The notes under the pieces: generated by a model
Told to the model about the DNA's origin: nothing
What the model saw: only the letters and a program-made list of their open reading frames with translations
Databases searched by the model: none
Shown: positions 61,881-64,000 of the stretch, piece by piece
Layout of the letters: every line of letters starts with the position of its first letter
Position numbering within the stretch: position 1 is the first letter of the stretch
Source: Basidiobolus meristosporus CBS 931.73
Lineage: Eukaryota > Fungi > Basidiobolomycota
DNA: 64,000 nucleotides
Direction of reading: 5' to 3'
NCBI GenBank assembly: GCA_002104905.1
Contig: MCFE01000087.1
Span: forward strand, 1 to 64,000
Translations under genes and position numbers: made by a program

Positions 61881-62224
61881 CTAGTCTTTGGCGCTGGTGA
61901 CTTTTTGTACGGCCTCCTTGATCTCCTGCTTGAAGTCTGAGGCGGTGTTTGAAATGGCGTTCTTGGCCTCGGCAGATCCTTCTTTCAAGTTGTTTCGAAC
62001 CTTCTCGAAAGTCTCGCCTTGTTCTTTTAATGCTTTGTCGTGGGCCTCCTGTGCCTCTCTGGAGTAGGTGGTTAGGGTTTTAGCGGGCCAGGTGGACAAG
62101 GGCTAGTTTAGGAATGGACTGACCTGGCCATGTGTTCCAAGGGGGGTCCGAATATGTAAAGGCCTGAAAGAACACCAACACCGCCCGCCATCAATACTGC
62201 ACCATACCTCCTAAGGAATTCCAT
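61881..62224 (-). CDS. Small single-TM protein (about 90 aa), PIGBOS1/Ecm19-like
   Basis: Spliced MEFLRRYGAVLMAGGVGVLSGLYIFGPPLEHMAR|EAQEAH... via gtcagt...ccag intron; family assignment from remembered motif only. Confidence 0.6.
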
Positions 62225-62643
62225 TTCTTGTCGTTAAGGGAGAGGATACGTGGATTTAGTGTTCGCGAGAATGTGTCTCTTGGAAATGAAGTTTTTGGGG
62301 GAGGGGAGCCTCATAATCCTTAAAAAGATTTCCACCTACTTTGCTCCGCCAGTTGACGTCACATCGCGTGGCCACCTTGGATCACCTAAACCATGCTAAC
62401 ATGGACTCTGGATAATCCGCGCTAAATTGGGTTATGCTGGCTAACAGATTGATTTCAATGACTTTTACTATGGGAAAAACTCCTGTGATCCAATAGGAAT
62501 CCATGAAAATACTGGATTTGATAGTGGGATTAGTCTTATTACTATGAATACGAAAGGGCACGGGATACATGAGGGAAGCAAGTTCACGGTTTACAGCTAT
62601 TTTCAGGGTTTTTACAATTGGATCAATGTGATTCATGATTGGT

Positions 62644-64000
62644 TCACTCGACTTGATCGACGGGTTCGGTAGTAGTAGCATTGGGCTCTGCCTCGACCGG
62701 TGCTGGTGCCTGTGCCTGTGCCGGTGGTGGACTTGGCTGCGAGGAAGAGGCGGATAGTTTTTGCTGCTGTTGCTGACGTAGCATGGCGGTCAAAGTTTCC
62801 CGGTTTCTCTTTTCCCTCATACGCTCCAGCTCTTCAGTGCCACCGGTCTTTCGAAGTTTCTTGGAGCCTACGAAATCATTCAGTTCAGCCTCGAACTCGT
62901 CCACTTTGTTTTCCAGCTCCCAGCGACGCAGTTTTTCCGACTGGGCCATCGCCCGCATACGCCGATCGGAGTTGGGATCGACGCAGGCAATCTCTTGGAA
63001 CACGTTCCCCAGGACATCATGCTTCTCTTCGATCGACGCCACATCGATGGTGATCGGCTTCACGGCGGTTTTGGCCTTCAGCTCCAATATCTTACCCAGC
63101 TGCTCCAACAAAGTCTGGGACTCCTTGTGTTCATCCTCGAGGTCGTTCAGTAGAGCCTGATGCTTCTTCAGGAACTCTTGACAGCTGATGATATGCTTGA
63201 GCTCCTCCTCGAAATTCTTCTTCCATCCAGGAGTCACCTCGTCCACGTAATTCCTTTGTCCAACCAATTCCTCCGCAATGGCTCTGGATTCCTTAAACGC
63301 GAAATCCACCTGGAACTTGCTAGGCTTACCATTCTTGATCACAAGGGCTTTCATGTCGTCGATGATGTCCTGAAGATCGTGCATCCTGTCGTACACTGAG
63401 ATGGCCTTTTGCTCGAGCTTATTGATCCCGGCGTCGATGACTGTGCGGGAGCTCTGTGGGGTTTTCTCCAACTTCTCTTTGAATATCTTGGTGCTGGTGG
63501 CCAGGTTGGTCAGCATGCTGTTGGCCTCCGTTTGGTATTCGCTGTAGAGTTGCTTGACCACGCTGAGTTCGGTTCGCAGGGAACGGATCTCATTCTGAAA
63601 TTGACGCACCTTCTCTTGCGGCAGGGTGGAGCTGTTGGAGACAATGCCGCGGCCATTCCCATTACCTACTACCAAGCGGCTATCGACTGACCCTATGGCA
63701 GCGATCGTGTTGCTTCGATGGAGGCCTCCTTCGGGAATTACCGCGGCAAGGTTTCCCGGTTTACACAGGGACTTCAGTTCCTTCAACTCGTTGGCAACCA
63801 TGGCAAATCCGTCATCCACCTGTTTCTGAAGTGAGTCGACTTTCGATTCGGAAGGGGCTGTTCAAGATAGAGTGAAGACAAGACGTTTAGCGAAGGTTGA
63901 AGAATCCCGACGGCTCCTGCGGTTTACCTGGTAGGTGGAATCTCAAGTGGGACTTGTCCATCAGATCCTGCACATCCTCAAGTTCGTACCACACACGAGC
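62644..64000 (-). CDS. BUD6: Actin-interacting protein Bud6/Aip3, 3' part (gene continues beyond the window)
   Basis: EIRSLRTELSVVKQ, TPGWKKNFEEEL..I...QEFL, DEFEAELNDFVGSKKLRKTGGTEELER. Confidence 0.88.

Noticed and set aside
58693-63829. Antisense and alternative-frame ORFs over TPS2 and BUD6
   Set aside because: Shadow ORFs of well-supported genes with relatively GC-rich codon usage.

Overview
Eukaryotic, intron-containing fungal genomic DNA. An early-diverging fungus is my inference from gene content and short introns; it is not proven. Host genes: MFS transporter, class-I glutamine amidotransferase, fasciclin protein, TOP1, glyoxalase II, RPEL protein, two paralogous Ser/Thr-rich GPI-type mucins, F-box/LRR, TRIP4/ASC-1-like Zn finger, MED1, tetraspanin, VPS60, TPS2, a PIGBOS1-like microprotein and the 3' part of BUD6. 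The striking feature is 13 tRNA-Gly(CCC) genes (11 identical, 2 with CpG-type B-box/T-arm mutations) plus one decayed relic, scattered over 8.3-56 kb in both orientations. Ten of the 13 have an LTR terminus 9-12 bp upstream of the mature 5' end, and those LTRs belong to five distinguishable types (A, B, C, F, G; my working labels). The 40-58.5 kb region is a Ty3/gypsy graveyard built between tRNA genes. It contains stacked solo LTRs, inverted tRNA-pair cassettes, and one LTR-PBS-PPT-complete element whose single intact 666-aa ORF fuses Gag directly to integrase, with no protease, RT or RNase H. The picture is a Pol III-start-site-targeted retrotransposon community co-amplifying with its tRNA landing pad. 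Coordinates were counted by hand; intron-containing genes are given as whole-gene spans.
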